Assembly: GCA_963755715.1 (NCBI GenBank)
Contig: CAVWLW010000050.1
Span: 53,189-117,188 of the forward strand
Length of the DNA stretch: 64,000 nt
Origin: an uncultured delta proteobacterium
GTDB taxonomy: Bacteria; Desulfobacterota; Binatia; UBA9968
Reading direction: 5' to 3'
Shown piece by piece: positions 32,783 through 41,367 of the stretch; the first letter of the stretch is position 1; every line of letters starts with the position of its first letter. The notes under the pieces are model-generated. The model did not search any database. It worked only from the letters and a program-made list of their open reading frames with translations, and was not told the origin of the DNA. The translations under genes were made by a program, and so were the position numbers.

Positions 32783-33937
32783 CTATTCGAGCGCACCGAG
32801 CAATTGGAATTCATAGACACCCACAGAACTAAAGCCGTGAGAAGATATGACCTTAACTTTCAGATACCGTGCTTTCACGGGCGGGAACTTGAACTCCTGA
32901 TAGGGTTCTTTGAAAAACCGGATGTTCTGCGTCTGAAACTTGCCGATTGACTCGAATTTTCCCGTAGCAGAATCATTTCCTGCCAGCAGCTCGAACTCTT
33001 TCAAATTCCAGCTCTCCGTACCAAGGATCAGTACCTTGAATGTATCGAAGGTTGCTGGCTTATCATTTTTGAATCCGTAAACGGCCCAACTGCCGACAAC
33101 ACCGATGTCGATGTACTGCCAATTTTTCTCATCACCGTCGATGGCGTAGGGCCATTGATCGTTGGTGGCAACAACAACGTGGCCGCCGTTTTCTGCAGAA
33201 AGCACATTCATGACAGATGATCGAGGTTGTGTCGAAGGCGCCGGCTTGGCTACTGAGGCAGCCTGCTCTTCTGTCCCTCCGGGGCCAGGTTTTGTCGGAG
33301 CGGGGGCAATATTCGTCATCGATGGAGTCGACTGCACCTGGTTTTGCGATTGAGGATGTTGCTTTTCGAAAAAACCGGTTTGGTGAAGCACCGCAAGCGA
33401 ACCAATTACGCCAGCTACGACTCCCGCCAAAACACCCCACATTGTCTTCGACCAATGCCGCGACCGCACTTCGGTATCGGTTGGGATCTGTCTTGGTTGA
33501 ACCGGGGCACTGCCATCCACCATGCCGGCGACGATCCGCATTAATTGATCGAACTCACGATGAGAAGACTCACCCTGCCAATCGGAGAGATCTGCTGCTT
33601 CGATTCTCTTGAACTCGAGGGGAATTTTGACGTTATCGATCAACGCCGGCACGAGAATTCCTCGCTCCGCACCCTCAGCTGCTTCCGTTTTCACCCAACG
33701 GGACGACACAGAGGCTTTAGACCAGAGAACAACCACACAGCGGGCCGAGCTCAACGCATTCTCGATCGTCTCGTCAAACGACTTGCCGGGCGGAATCTCT
33801 CGGTCCCACCAAACAGACCAACCCTTCTGCGAAAATGCATTCGCAAGCAGCTCAGCTTTCTCCTTATCTGCTCTCGCATAGCTGATAAAAATATCACTCA
33901 TGGGGGCCATGATGATTCCATGCCGAACGGAATGCAA
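32783..33937 (-). CDS. TIR-domain protein with central TM segment and C-terminal discoidin/F5-8 type C-like domain
   Basis: N-terminal DIFISYARADKEKAELLANAFSQKGWSVWWDREIPPGKSF..CVVVLWSKASVSSRWVKTEA matches the bacterial TIR (TIR_2) pattern. TM helix MWGVLAGVVAGVIGSLAVL. The C-terminal ~130 aa (..NWQYIDIG..ARYLKVKV..VGVYEFQLLG) looks like a galactose-binding/discoidin domain. The exact start is uncertain: TTG 33937 directly follows the upstream ORF's TGA, and ATGs at 33910 and 33901 are alternatives. Confidence 0.75.
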   Translation of the reverse strand: MHSVRHGIIMAPMSDIFISYARADKEKAELLANAFSQKGWSVWWDREIPPGKSFDETIENALSSARCVVVLWSKASVSSRWVKTEAAEGAERGILVPALIDNVKIPLEFKRIEAADLSDWQGESSHREFDQLMRIVAGMVDGSAPVQPRQIPTDTEVRSRHWSKTMWGVLAGVVAGVIGSLAVLHQTGFFEKQHPQSQNQVQSTPSMTNIAPAPTKPGPGGTEEQAASVAKPAPSTQPRSSVMNVLSAENGGHVVVATNDQWPYAIDGDEKNWQYIDIGVVGSWAVYGFKNDKPATFDTFKVLILGTESWNLKEFELLAGNDSATGKFESIGKFQTQNIRFFKEPYQEFKFPPVKARYLKVKVISSHGFSSVGVYEFQLLGALE

Positions 33938-34200
33938 TCACTCCTGCGCGGTGCGCCCCGCGTTGAGCTGCATGCTCTCGGCGATAACGTTTGGACCTGT
34001 GTCTTTGACCAGTAGGTGAACGTGGTTGGACGTGACCATGTAGTTCAGCACGGAAAGACCGAAGCGCTTCTTCGCCTCGAAAACCTAATGCAGATACGCT
34101 GTCGATCGTGTGCAACGTCTTGAAAAATTCGGTCTTCTGATGATTGTTGACCGGTGAAGTTGTTTCCTGAACTATTGCCTGTTGCCTCGTGCTTAATGCC
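33938..34200 (-). pseudogene. RAYT/IS200-like Y1 transposase 5' fragment (copy 1) retaining the HuH motif, ending at a TGA abutting the TIR gene
   Basis: The minus-strand frame gives ..FEAKKRFGLSVLNYMVTSNHVHLLVKDTGPNVIAESMQLNAGRTAQE*. NHVHLLV is the HuH signature, comparable to ..AYCLMANHYHLLVE.. in the intact RAYT at 45255-46079. Upstream degenerate codons (GIKHEATGNSSGN) match the IYHxTxRGN N-terminal motif. Confidence 0.5.
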
Positions 34201-34512
34201 TATTTTCGTGCCAGATATGGCCTGGCAGAGAGTGACGGTTCGCGCGCGGCATCGTTTCCCTTAGAGCCTGCCTTTCGGCTTCAAAAAGCCGCCTCTAAGC
34301 CTTTATTTAAAGGATGCCTTTTATGCTACCGTGGAGTTGTGAAATCAACAGCTTCCCTTGGTCCGACCCGCGACCCTGACTCAGATAGTACGCACCGGGA
34401 ATGAGAATGCGTAATGGTCGCGCCATTGCCACCTTCTTTATTATAGACATTAGCTCATCGTCGAGAAATAAAAGTCTGATCATCCTTGCATGCCAGATAG
34501 TCCTGCAAATTG

Positions 34513-34541
34513 ACATCCGTTCAGGTAATCAGATAATTCTG
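34513..34541 (+). promoter_or_regulatory. putative sigma-70 promoter for the HpaB-family gene
   Basis: TTGACA (34513-34518), a 17-nt spacer, then ATAATT (34536-34541), about 75 nt upstream of the ATG at 34615. Pattern match only. Confidence 0.3.
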
Positions 34542-34614
34542 AGCGATCGGAAGGCCTTGCTGCGCAGCCGGGTCGCGGTCATTTTTGATAAAGGTTGGGG
34601 GAGAGTTTAGGAAA

Positions 34615-36054
34615 ATGCCTATACGTCGAGGAGAAGAATTTCTCGAAAGCCTCAGGGATGGGCGCCGCGTCTGGCTACGAGGTGAATTGGTCGAAGATGT
34701 CACCGCACATCCCAGTTTGAAAGGCTGCGCCCGAAGCGTTGCCGCGGTTTATGACCTTCAACACGTCCCAGCCCATCGGGACCTGCTGACCATGCCTTCC
34801 CCGGTTACGGCGCAGCCGGTAAGCCTGGCCTATCTTTTGCCCCATTCGGTCGAAGATCTGACCCGCCAGCGAAAGATGTATGAGTTCCTCGTGCGCCGTG
34901 CTGGAGGCGTGGCGGCTCGCCTACCCCAGCACCTGGCTACCGTCGTTTTGGGGCTGCACGACGTTCGTGACATCCTGGGCAAAGAAAATTCCGCCTTCGC
35001 GGGGAACGTTACCCGCTACTTCGAGTACTGCCGCGAAAACGATCTGGCCATCGCCACGATTTTCAACGACCCATTTCATCACCGAAGCCATCCGCAGTCC
35101 AAGCAAGAATACTTGAGGGTGGTCGAGAGGCGGGCCGATGGCATCGTGGTGAGAGGTGCCAAAGGAGTGGGAACGCAGGCACCCTACGCCAACGACATCC
35201 TATGCCTGACCCAGCCACGGCCTGACCTCCAGCCCGAGGAGGTGTTGTATTTCGCCGTGCCTGTGAACTCTCCAGGCCTCCAGCTCATCTGCCGGCAGCC
35301 CCTGGCACCACCCAACCCTGAGGATCATCCCTTAAGTCCGCACTGGGACGAGATGGACGCCATGGTGCTGTTCGACAACGTGTTCATACCCTGGGATCGG
35401 GTATTCTATTTGCGTCAATCCGATCCCGAAGACCCGAGTCTATACGCGCGGCTTTTCCAAGGAGCCATGGGTATTGGGCCCTGGTATGTTTTAGTGCGGA
35501 TGGCGGTCAAGGCGGAGGTGTTGCTGGGCATCTGCGCGGCGATGGCCGAATATCTCGGCACCACTAAACAACCTCATGTACAGATGGCCCTGGCCGACGC
35601 CATAGTCTACCTGGAGACGATGAGGGCTTTCATCCATAGCGCTGAAACGAACCCTGTCCGCTCTCAATCGGGGCTCACCCTGCCCAACTGGATCCCGGCG
35701 CAAGCAGCCCGCATCTTCTCGATAGAGGGCTATCCCCGGATGTTACAGATGATACGCGAACTGTGTGGCTCCGGTATCCTGATGTCGCCGAATGAAACTG
35801 ATATGAATAATTCCGAGGTCGGCCACCAAATCCGGCGCTTTTTTGTGGGGGAGAACGAGCGCACGCAAGAATGCTTTCGCATGCTGAAGCTGGCGTGGGA
35901 ATATGCCTGCGACTCTTTCGGCTCCCGCCAGCTACTCTTCGAAATGTACAACGTCGCCAGCCTGGCCACCAACAAACAGAGGCTCGTGAATAGCTACGAT
36001 CTGAGCCCCTTCGTCCACCTGGCTAAAGAATTGGCAGGCATTAACGAACGCTAG
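34615..36054 (+). CDS. 4-hydroxyphenylacetate 3-monooxygenase oxygenase-component family (HpaB-like two-component flavin monooxygenase)
   Basis: 479 aa from the internal ATG. MPIRRGEEFLESLRDGRRVWLRGELVEDVTAHP matches the HpaB N-terminal consensus. The long C-terminal acyl-CoA-dehydrogenase-like fold continues to ..LAKELAGINER. Confidence 0.8.
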   Translation: MPIRRGEEFLESLRDGRRVWLRGELVEDVTAHPSLKGCARSVAAVYDLQHVPAHRDLLTMPSPVTAQPVSLAYLLPHSVEDLTRQRKMYEFLVRRAGGVAARLPQHLATVVLGLHDVRDILGKENSAFAGNVTRYFEYCRENDLAIATIFNDPFHHRSHPQSKQEYLRVVERRADGIVVRGAKGVGTQAPYANDILCLTQPRPDLQPEEVLYFAVPVNSPGLQLICRQPLAPPNPEDHPLSPHWDEMDAMVLFDNVFIPWDRVFYLRQSDPEDPSLYARLFQGAMGIGPWYVLVRMAVKAEVLLGICAAMAEYLGTTKQPHVQMALADAIVYLETMRAFIHSAETNPVRSQSGLTLPNWIPAQAARIFSIEGYPRMLQMIRELCGSGILMSPNETDMNNSEVGHQIRRFFVGENERTQECFRMLKLAWEYACDSFGSRQLLFEMYNVASLATNKQRLVNSYDLSPFVHLAKELAGINER

Positions 36055-36242
36055 ATTAAAAAGATTTTAGAAAACCTCTTGCCGCCTTGTCTTGACGTCA
36101 TTCCGGGGTCGGACCTCAACGCAAATTTACGGTCGGCAGGGTAAACTTATAGGAAAGTTGATTGCCCGTCTGTTCTTCAGTTGATGTCACTTCTACGCGT
36201 AAGGTTTTCCAGTCTTTTGATCCCATCTGGCAGCTTGAAATA

Positions 36243-36275
36243 AAAAAAGCCCGTCGCAATCTGATTGGGCTTTAG
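36243..36275 (-). terminator. candidate intrinsic terminator (minus strand)
   Basis: On the minus strand: aaagccc-[14 nt loop]-gggcttt followed by TTTTATTTC. Confidence 0.3.
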
Positions 36276-36399
36276 TAAGCTTTCCCGTAAAACTCAGGCT
36301 TTCAAAATGCGCTTCGATCCTTCTGTTCACTGCCGACGTATGAGCAACAGAGCCAACAATGATTGGCACTAGTGTCAAAGGTCCTGAAGCCAGTGACCA

Positions 36400-36620
36400 A
36401 AGCAGCGCCTTCCCCGGATACCTGCTGTCAGCGCCCTGCTTGGCTGCGCTTTGCCCGGTCATCGAGGGGCGGACCCAAGTGGTTGAACGATTGAAACAAT
36501 TGGAACGACTGGAACTCTTACCTTCGGACTGTTGCCTGTTTCCTAATGGCTGTTGCCAATTCGTGGGAACTTTGAACGGTCGCTGTCTTGCAGCACAGGG
36601 TTGTGATGAACGAGGGCGAT
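36400..36620 (-). pseudogene. heavily degraded RAYT remnant (..GNRQQ.. and EFQSFQLFQSFN segments)
   Basis: Minus-strand translations give ..PLGNRQQ.. (matching the RGNxRQ N-terminal motif) and EFQSFQLFQSFN (a triplicated version of the TQSFN motif). It shares gttgcctgtt / ggaac word content with the remnants at 37.9k, 40.9k and 58.5k. Confidence 0.3.
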
Positions 36621-37466
36621 CTACCGTCCAGTGTTTGCCGAGGCGTCGGGCTGCATTTGCAGGAGCACGGTCGGCTGCACGGCGTTCGGCCCGACAAACG
36701 GGCGATCGTGCGCGGTGATCAACATGATGCAAACAGCAATGGCCGTCGAGAAGACTCCCATGGCGATGGCCGCCGTCGTCCGATTGTCGACGTGGACCAT
36801 CGCAATCGTCGTCAGCATGCAGATCGCCTGCACGATGAGACTCACCCACTTGACTGGATTCACCTCCGACTGACTGATCAGGATCCGTTGGCGGCGGGCT
36901 TCGAGCGCGTTCTCGAGCGAGGCGACGATCGCCCGTTGCGCGGCCGCTTGTCCCTCACCTTGCACCGGCAAGGCGAGAGTGATTTGCATCGCTTGCGCCA
37001 ATGAGGCTGGGATTATCGTGATCGTCGCGCGGCCGCTGGCCATCGCAGGCCACTCAGCGGTCTGTGCCTCGTGAATATGCTGACGGACCAATCCACGCAG
37101 ATGAGCCGCCTTTCCCGGAAAGCTCTCGGACAGAATTACGACGTCTCTGAGCGCGCTGGCTTCCCGGTTGACCTCGATATGCGCCCGATCCTGGTCGCGC
37201 CACGCCTGCGACGCAAGAAACGCAACGAGCAACCCGAACATGATGCCGAGCGGAGACAGCAACGCTGGTGAGACCGCTTTGAACACGTTCGCGCGCTGGC
37301 CGACGGCGAGCGAATGGACAACGAGAAGAATAACGGCCGCGCTCAAAAACGTGCCCCCGAAGATTAGGATCGCCATCCAGCCTAACGGCAGGCCATGAAT
37401 CCAATCGCTTATGTCGGTCCTCCTTTCCGGGGACGACGAGGTGGCGGAGTTACATTCGGCCGACAC
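36621..37466 (-). CDS. hypothetical inner-membrane protein (DUF4239-like, four TM segments)
   Basis: 281-aa ORF. TM helices WMAILIFGGTFLSAAVILLVV, LGIMFGLLVAFLASQAW, WVSLIVQAICMLTTIAMV and IAMGVFSTAIAVCIMLI. The first Met may lie inside the listed ORF. Confidence 0.45.
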   Translation of the reverse strand: MSAECNSATSSSPERRTDISDWIHGLPLGWMAILIFGGTFLSAAVILLVVHSLAVGQRANVFKAVSPALLSPLGIMFGLLVAFLASQAWRDQDRAHIEVNREASALRDVVILSESFPGKAAHLRGLVRQHIHEAQTAEWPAMASGRATITIIPASLAQAMQITLALPVQGEGQAAAQRAIVASLENALEARRQRILISQSEVNPVKWVSLIVQAICMLTTIAMVHVDNRTTAAIAMGVFSTAIAVCIMLITAHDRPFVGPNAVQPTVLLQMQPDASANTGR

Positions 37467-37899
37467 CTGACGTCGTCGAAAAGGCAGAACGCAAAGAGCA
37501 TAGCGCCTGCAAGAGAGAATATGTTTTTCTTCATTGCGTCCCTGTCACCATCGCTGTGCCTATTTTGTACCTGAATTTGGGCAGAACATACACCTTCCAT
37601 TGCCGAAAAAAAAAGCCAAGCGACCCTCGGAATGGTTGGATTTTCTTTTTGATGTTTGGTTCTGGTCCGCGCTGATCTGAGAGGCTGATCTAAGAGCTTG
37701 TAAACTCTGCCATCGGAGGTACCCTGCGCGCCATGGATCTCAAAGACACCGTCACGCAATTCACCGCGCAGGTCGAGCGATTCGTCACGCATCCCGCACG
37801 CCGCTGGCTTTGACGGCAATCTGATTTTGACGTTCTCAATAAACCCCACGTTTCCGAGCGTTCTGCCAGTCCGTTCTCCAAACCTCGCACTACCCGTCG

Positions 37900-38357
37900 G
37901 ATTTTCAAGCCACTGGAACCACTGAAACGATTGGAACACATGGAACCGCTCTTCGGGTGTAGAACGTTTTGAACGGACCCCGGACTAGATCCGGGGAATT
38001 GACGGCTTGAACGATTTGGACAAATCCTATTTACGTTGAACTTTTGAACCGTTGAACGCGTCTTTTCTTACCACGCCTCACCCTTCACCCCTCACTCCTC
38101 ACGCTGACTTTGATCTACTGTTGCCTGTTGCCTCGTGCCTTATGCCTATTTACGATGTGATTGACACCTTCTCCCGTCGGCGATATTTCTTTCGCAAGAG
38201 ATTGAGAGTGTTTCAAATTTCTGATACCGAACTCGGTGGATACTCGGAGAATCGAACATAGCGCTGATTCGTACCGTCCTTCGAGCCAGTGGCCTAACCG
38301 GTTGTTGAAAAACCTGATTTCAGGCTGTTCAAAAAGGTCCAGATGCGAGGCGCGCAT
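37900..38357 (-). pseudogene. RAYT 5' remnant (N-terminal motif ..GVNHIVNRHKARGNRQQ* followed by degenerate FQSFQWFQ segment)
   Basis: ORF 38115-38357(-) ends ..TGEGVNHIVNRHKARGNRQQ* (compare PGAIYHLTGRGNARQ in the intact RAYT). Downstream, 37905-37945 encodes RFHVFQSFQWFQ, which is TQSFN-like. 38112-38150 (ctactgttgcctgttgcctcgtgccttatgcctattt) recurs at 34170 and 58748. Confidence 0.4.
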
Positions 38358-38511
38358 AGACCGTGATCGTGTCCGTGAAACGTGACCGAGAAGACCGCAC
38401 GAGCACGACCACGCTACACGAACACGAATTCAAGCGAGGCGATCGAGCGCAACGAAGCAGGTGGGCCTTTTTCAACAGCCTGCTAGCGCTCGCGCTTTAC
38501 GGAGGAGACCC

Positions 38512-39084
38512 ATGTCATTGCTGACACTGCAAATGCCGGCCCTTCCCGACCCGGTCAAAGTCGTCCTCCAACCCGCGACGACGGCGTTGTTGGTGTTCGA
38601 CATGATCGATCGTATCTGCAAAAGCCAGCCGAATTGCACCGGGGTCATGGTGCCGGCCCTCGCCTCGCTGCTGGCGCGGGCACGAAAAGCCGGCGTGTTC
38701 GTCCTGTACTCTACTCGGGAGCCGGAGAGCTCGAAGTGGATGCCGGAGGTCGCTCCCGCTCCCGGCGACCCGATCGTCAAGTCGTATGCTCAGGACCGAT
38801 TCTACAGCACGGATCTCGACAAAACGCTGAAGGCCAAGGGGATCACGACGCTGATTCTCACCGGCTGGAAGGTCAGCGGCTCAGTGGTCTATACATCGGT
38901 CGGAGCGACACTGCGGGGGTACACCGTGGTCGTGCCCACGGACGCCAGCTTAGCCGCAACGGACTACGAAGTGGCGATCGGCCAATTCCAAATATTGAAT
39001 CAGAATAGCGCGAACGCCACGAACGAACCGCTGAAGGCAAACGCCTCAACCCTGAGCCGTGCGGATATGATCGTCTTTCAGTAG
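38512..39084 (+). CDS. isochorismatase-family hydrolase
   Basis: GGAGGAG RBS. MSLLTLQMP..TALLVFDMIDRIC (Asp of the catalytic triad) ..ILTGWKVSGSVVYT (Cys region). 190 aa. Confidence 0.7.
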   Translation: MSLLTLQMPALPDPVKVVLQPATTALLVFDMIDRICKSQPNCTGVMVPALASLLARARKAGVFVLYSTREPESSKWMPEVAPAPGDPIVKSYAQDRFYSTDLDKTLKAKGITTLILTGWKVSGSVVYTSVGATLRGYTVVVPTDASLAATDYEVAIGQFQILNQNSANATNEPLKANASTLSRADMIVFQ

Positions 39085-39145
39085 AAAAGGCGGCTTCGTG
39101 ATATATTGTCGTAAATATTTTCGTAAATATTTCGGTCGGACCAAG

Positions 39146-39463
39146 CTATATCGTTGCTTCATCAACGATTTCATTCCAAAAGAACGTGTTTTGAGACCTT
39201 AGAGCCTCACTTTCGCCGGTGAAATTGCTGGAGTAAGCTTCGGCGGGCTCGCGCAGTGCGTAAGTTCCATCGGTTTCGATCACGTCGCGATGGGCAGCTT
39301 TGAAGCCAAGCTCGCTTTTCACCTCGTCAATAAACGCCAAGCTTCCAACCGCGATCGATTCGGACCAGCGATCATCACGAACCGCCAAGCCGTTCCCCAG
39401 CCCTTGCTCGATCCATTGGTGGTGAGCACTTTGAAAATCTCCAAAATCCGGAAATCCGCTCAA
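39146..39463 (-). pseudogene. RAYT middle/C-terminal fragment
   Basis: ..QWIEQGLGNGLAVRDDRWSESIAVGSLAFIDEVKSELGF.. aligns with ..EFVRDGMASRPWDDLKGQIYLGSEAFIEKHASG.. of the intact RAYT. The REP-like motif agcctgtccccttttctcgttcc lies at 39485-39507. Confidence 0.45.
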
Positions 39464-39605
39464 CTTACAATGAAAAGAAAAAGTAGCCTGTCCCCTTTTC
39501 TCGTTCCAGTGCGACAGCGGCGAACCGCATCCTTGAGGCCGGGCGCCGGCTGGCTTATAGTCTGCGGAGAAACCGAATTCTCGTCATGCCGGCAGAGAGG
39601 ACACC

Positions 39606-39990
39606 GTGAGCTACGGCGAAGCGGAGATGTACTTAGTCGTGGGCCTCGCTGTAATCCTTGGCCTGATTGCGCTCCGCGTCGCGCCGGCGAGTCCCGAGGT
39701 TGTCGGCCTATCTCATGCAAATCGAAAAGCGGATTATGGCGGGCTGGCGTCTGCCGCCGCAGTCGGAGGGGCGCAAGATTACGCTGCGCATGAAGCTCAG
39801 TCCGGGCGGATATACTTCGGAGGTGCGCGTCGAAAATTCCTCCGGCGATGAAAAATTCGACGCATCGGCGTCGAGGCGGTGCGACGCGCGTCGCCATTTC
39901 CGCCGGTGCCGCTATCGATGGAAAATCTGATCGGCGATCTGCGCATGGTGCTTGACCCGACGCGGCCGAAGCGATGGCGAGTATTCTTAA
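39606..39990 (+). pseudogene. TonB/TolA-like C-terminal-domain protein, two frameshifts
   Basis: TM segment (MYLVVGLAVILGLIALRV) in one frame. A TonB-C-like segment ..GRKITLRMKLSPGGYTSEVRVENSSGDEKFDASA.. in a second frame. ..RRASPFPPVPLSMENLIGDLRMVLDP.. in a third frame. Confidence 0.3.
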
Positions 39991-40073
39991 AGAGCCTTCG
40001 CCCCTATTGCCCGCGCCGCGAGCGCCCGCGAAACCCGCCAAGCCGCCGCCGAAAAGGATTCCAGGTGAACAAA

Positions 40074-40667
40074 TCTAAAATGCTCCGGCTTTTGAGTTCT
40101 CCAGTACTCCTGCTGGTGGTCGGTTGCTCTACCCATGTCGCCTCACTCAGATATAAACCAACTGAGAAGCTTGTGGTCCGCGCCAAACGCATTCAGCCCG
40201 TCACGATAGGGAACTTCGCAGATAATCGGGGCACCGATCCATATTTGCTTGGCGCAATCCGTAGCGGGGTTGGTATCGACCTTAAAAAAATATTGGCCGA
40301 CAGACCTGTAAGCGAGCTGGTCCGGGCTGCGTTCGTCGAGGCACTCGCAGCGAGAAAAATCACCGAAGCTACGGCCACATCGCGAGTAGCGATCGAAGGG
40401 ACCATCGTCAAGTTAGACTGCAGCTACCTTTTCAATCGTGAAGCACACGTCCAGCTGCAGGTTAACGTTCTGTCCCTGCCCGCGCGGACCGTTATTTTTT
40501 CTAAATTTTACGGAACCGACAACGAAGAAGGTGGCAGGGGGGCAGGCATTCTCGGCGACACAGATCACCTTACACAGTTGCAGCAAAAAACGCTCAATCA
40601 GACCCTAGACAAGGTGATGATCGACCCTGCGTTTCTCGCGGTGCTCACGAAACCGCCGATCGACTGA
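40074..40667 (+). CDS. hypothetical lipoprotein
   Basis: MLRLLSSPVLLLVVGCSTH carries a lipobox (L-V-V-G-C). ~197 aa. An alternative GTG start lies at 40059. Confidence 0.5.
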   Translation, partial: SKMLRLLSSPVLLLVVGCSTHVASLRYKPTEKLVVRAKRIQPVTIGNFADNRGTDPYLLGAIRSGVGIDLKKILADRPVSELVRAAFVEALAARKITEATATSRVAIEGTIVKLDCSYLFNREAHVQLQVNVLSLPARTVIFSKFYGTDNEEGGRGAGILGDTDHLTQLQQKTLNQTLDKVMIDPAFLAVLTKPPID

Positions 40668-40714
40668 GCAGCACAGAGGAAATAGAGGGTCCTTGGTAGC
40701 TGGGTCGGACCCGC

Positions 40715-41250
40715 CTATGTCCTCGCATCTTCGAAGCTTTCATTCCAGAAGACAGCGGATTTGAAGCCATAGACCTCGCTCTCTTCGCGTAACACATGCG
40801 TTTCCTCAAACTGCTCGACTTCACGATGCATCGCTTTGCTGTCGAGCTCGCCTTTGATCGTCTCAGCAAAGCCAAGCTGCCAACCGCGATCGCTTCGGAG
40901 CAACGCTTCACGTTGAACATTGAACCTTGAACTTTGAACGACCGTTTATCTGAAACGTCTTGAACGGAGCGTATCCTTCGACCAGCTCAGAGCCCGTCCT
41001 GAGTTTTATCGAAGGAAAGAGCGGAAGATCGAGCCGGTCATGGTGAGCCTACCGAACCATTAAACGACTGGAACGTTTGGAACCGTTGGAACGTCTGGAA
41101 CTCCCGTAAACGATTTGAACGGTTTGAACGATTGGAACGGGCTACGGTATTCGTTGGCACGGACCATGTTGAGATCCATGTAGATCAGACAGCGATGCAG
41201 GTGCTCGTCGGTCTCAATGGCAGTGGCATGATATTAAGTCAATAACTTAA
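40715..41250 (-). pseudogene. RAYT remnant (LNPVRA-like region, triplicated TFQ/SFN segment, middle region)
   Basis: 41160-41250(-) encodes ..YMDLNMVRANEYR.. (compare YIVLNPARV). 41040-41150(-) encodes NRLREFQTFQRFQTFQSFNGS. 40715-40903(-) encodes ..LGFAETIKGELDSKAMHREVEQFEETHVLRE.., homologous to the fragment at 39146-39463. Confidence 0.45.
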
Positions 41251-41367
41251 CTCATGCCTGACCCCAATTCTGCGATCTTCCTCTAACTCGTCCCGCCTCG
41301 AGGGATTCCGAGTTGCCAAAGTCCGGGCACCGAACGTAATGTCAGTCCTTCACGATTTGCCAATCGT

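Noticed and set aside
36193-36849. 218-codon His/Arg/Asp-rich minus-strand ORF
   Set aside because: It overlaps the RAYT remnant and the DUF4239 gene in alternative frames. Its low-complexity charged composition is typical of an out-of-frame reading of GC-rich DNA.
37409-37939. 176-codon minus-strand ORF beginning MFQSFQWFQW
   Set aside because: The first ~12 codons are the FQx expansion of a RAYT remnant. The remainder has no recognisable features and overlaps intergenic repeat sequence. It is best treated as part of the remnant rather than a gene.
36478-41150. Arrays of TGGAAC/TTGAAC words that looked like helically phased (10-11 bp) transcription-factor or iteron binding sites
   Set aside because: Counting positions gives a 9-bp period (three codons). 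On the minus strand the arrays translate to FQxFQxFQSFN-type peptides continuous with recognisable RAYT motifs. They are decayed coding sequence, not regulatory arrays.
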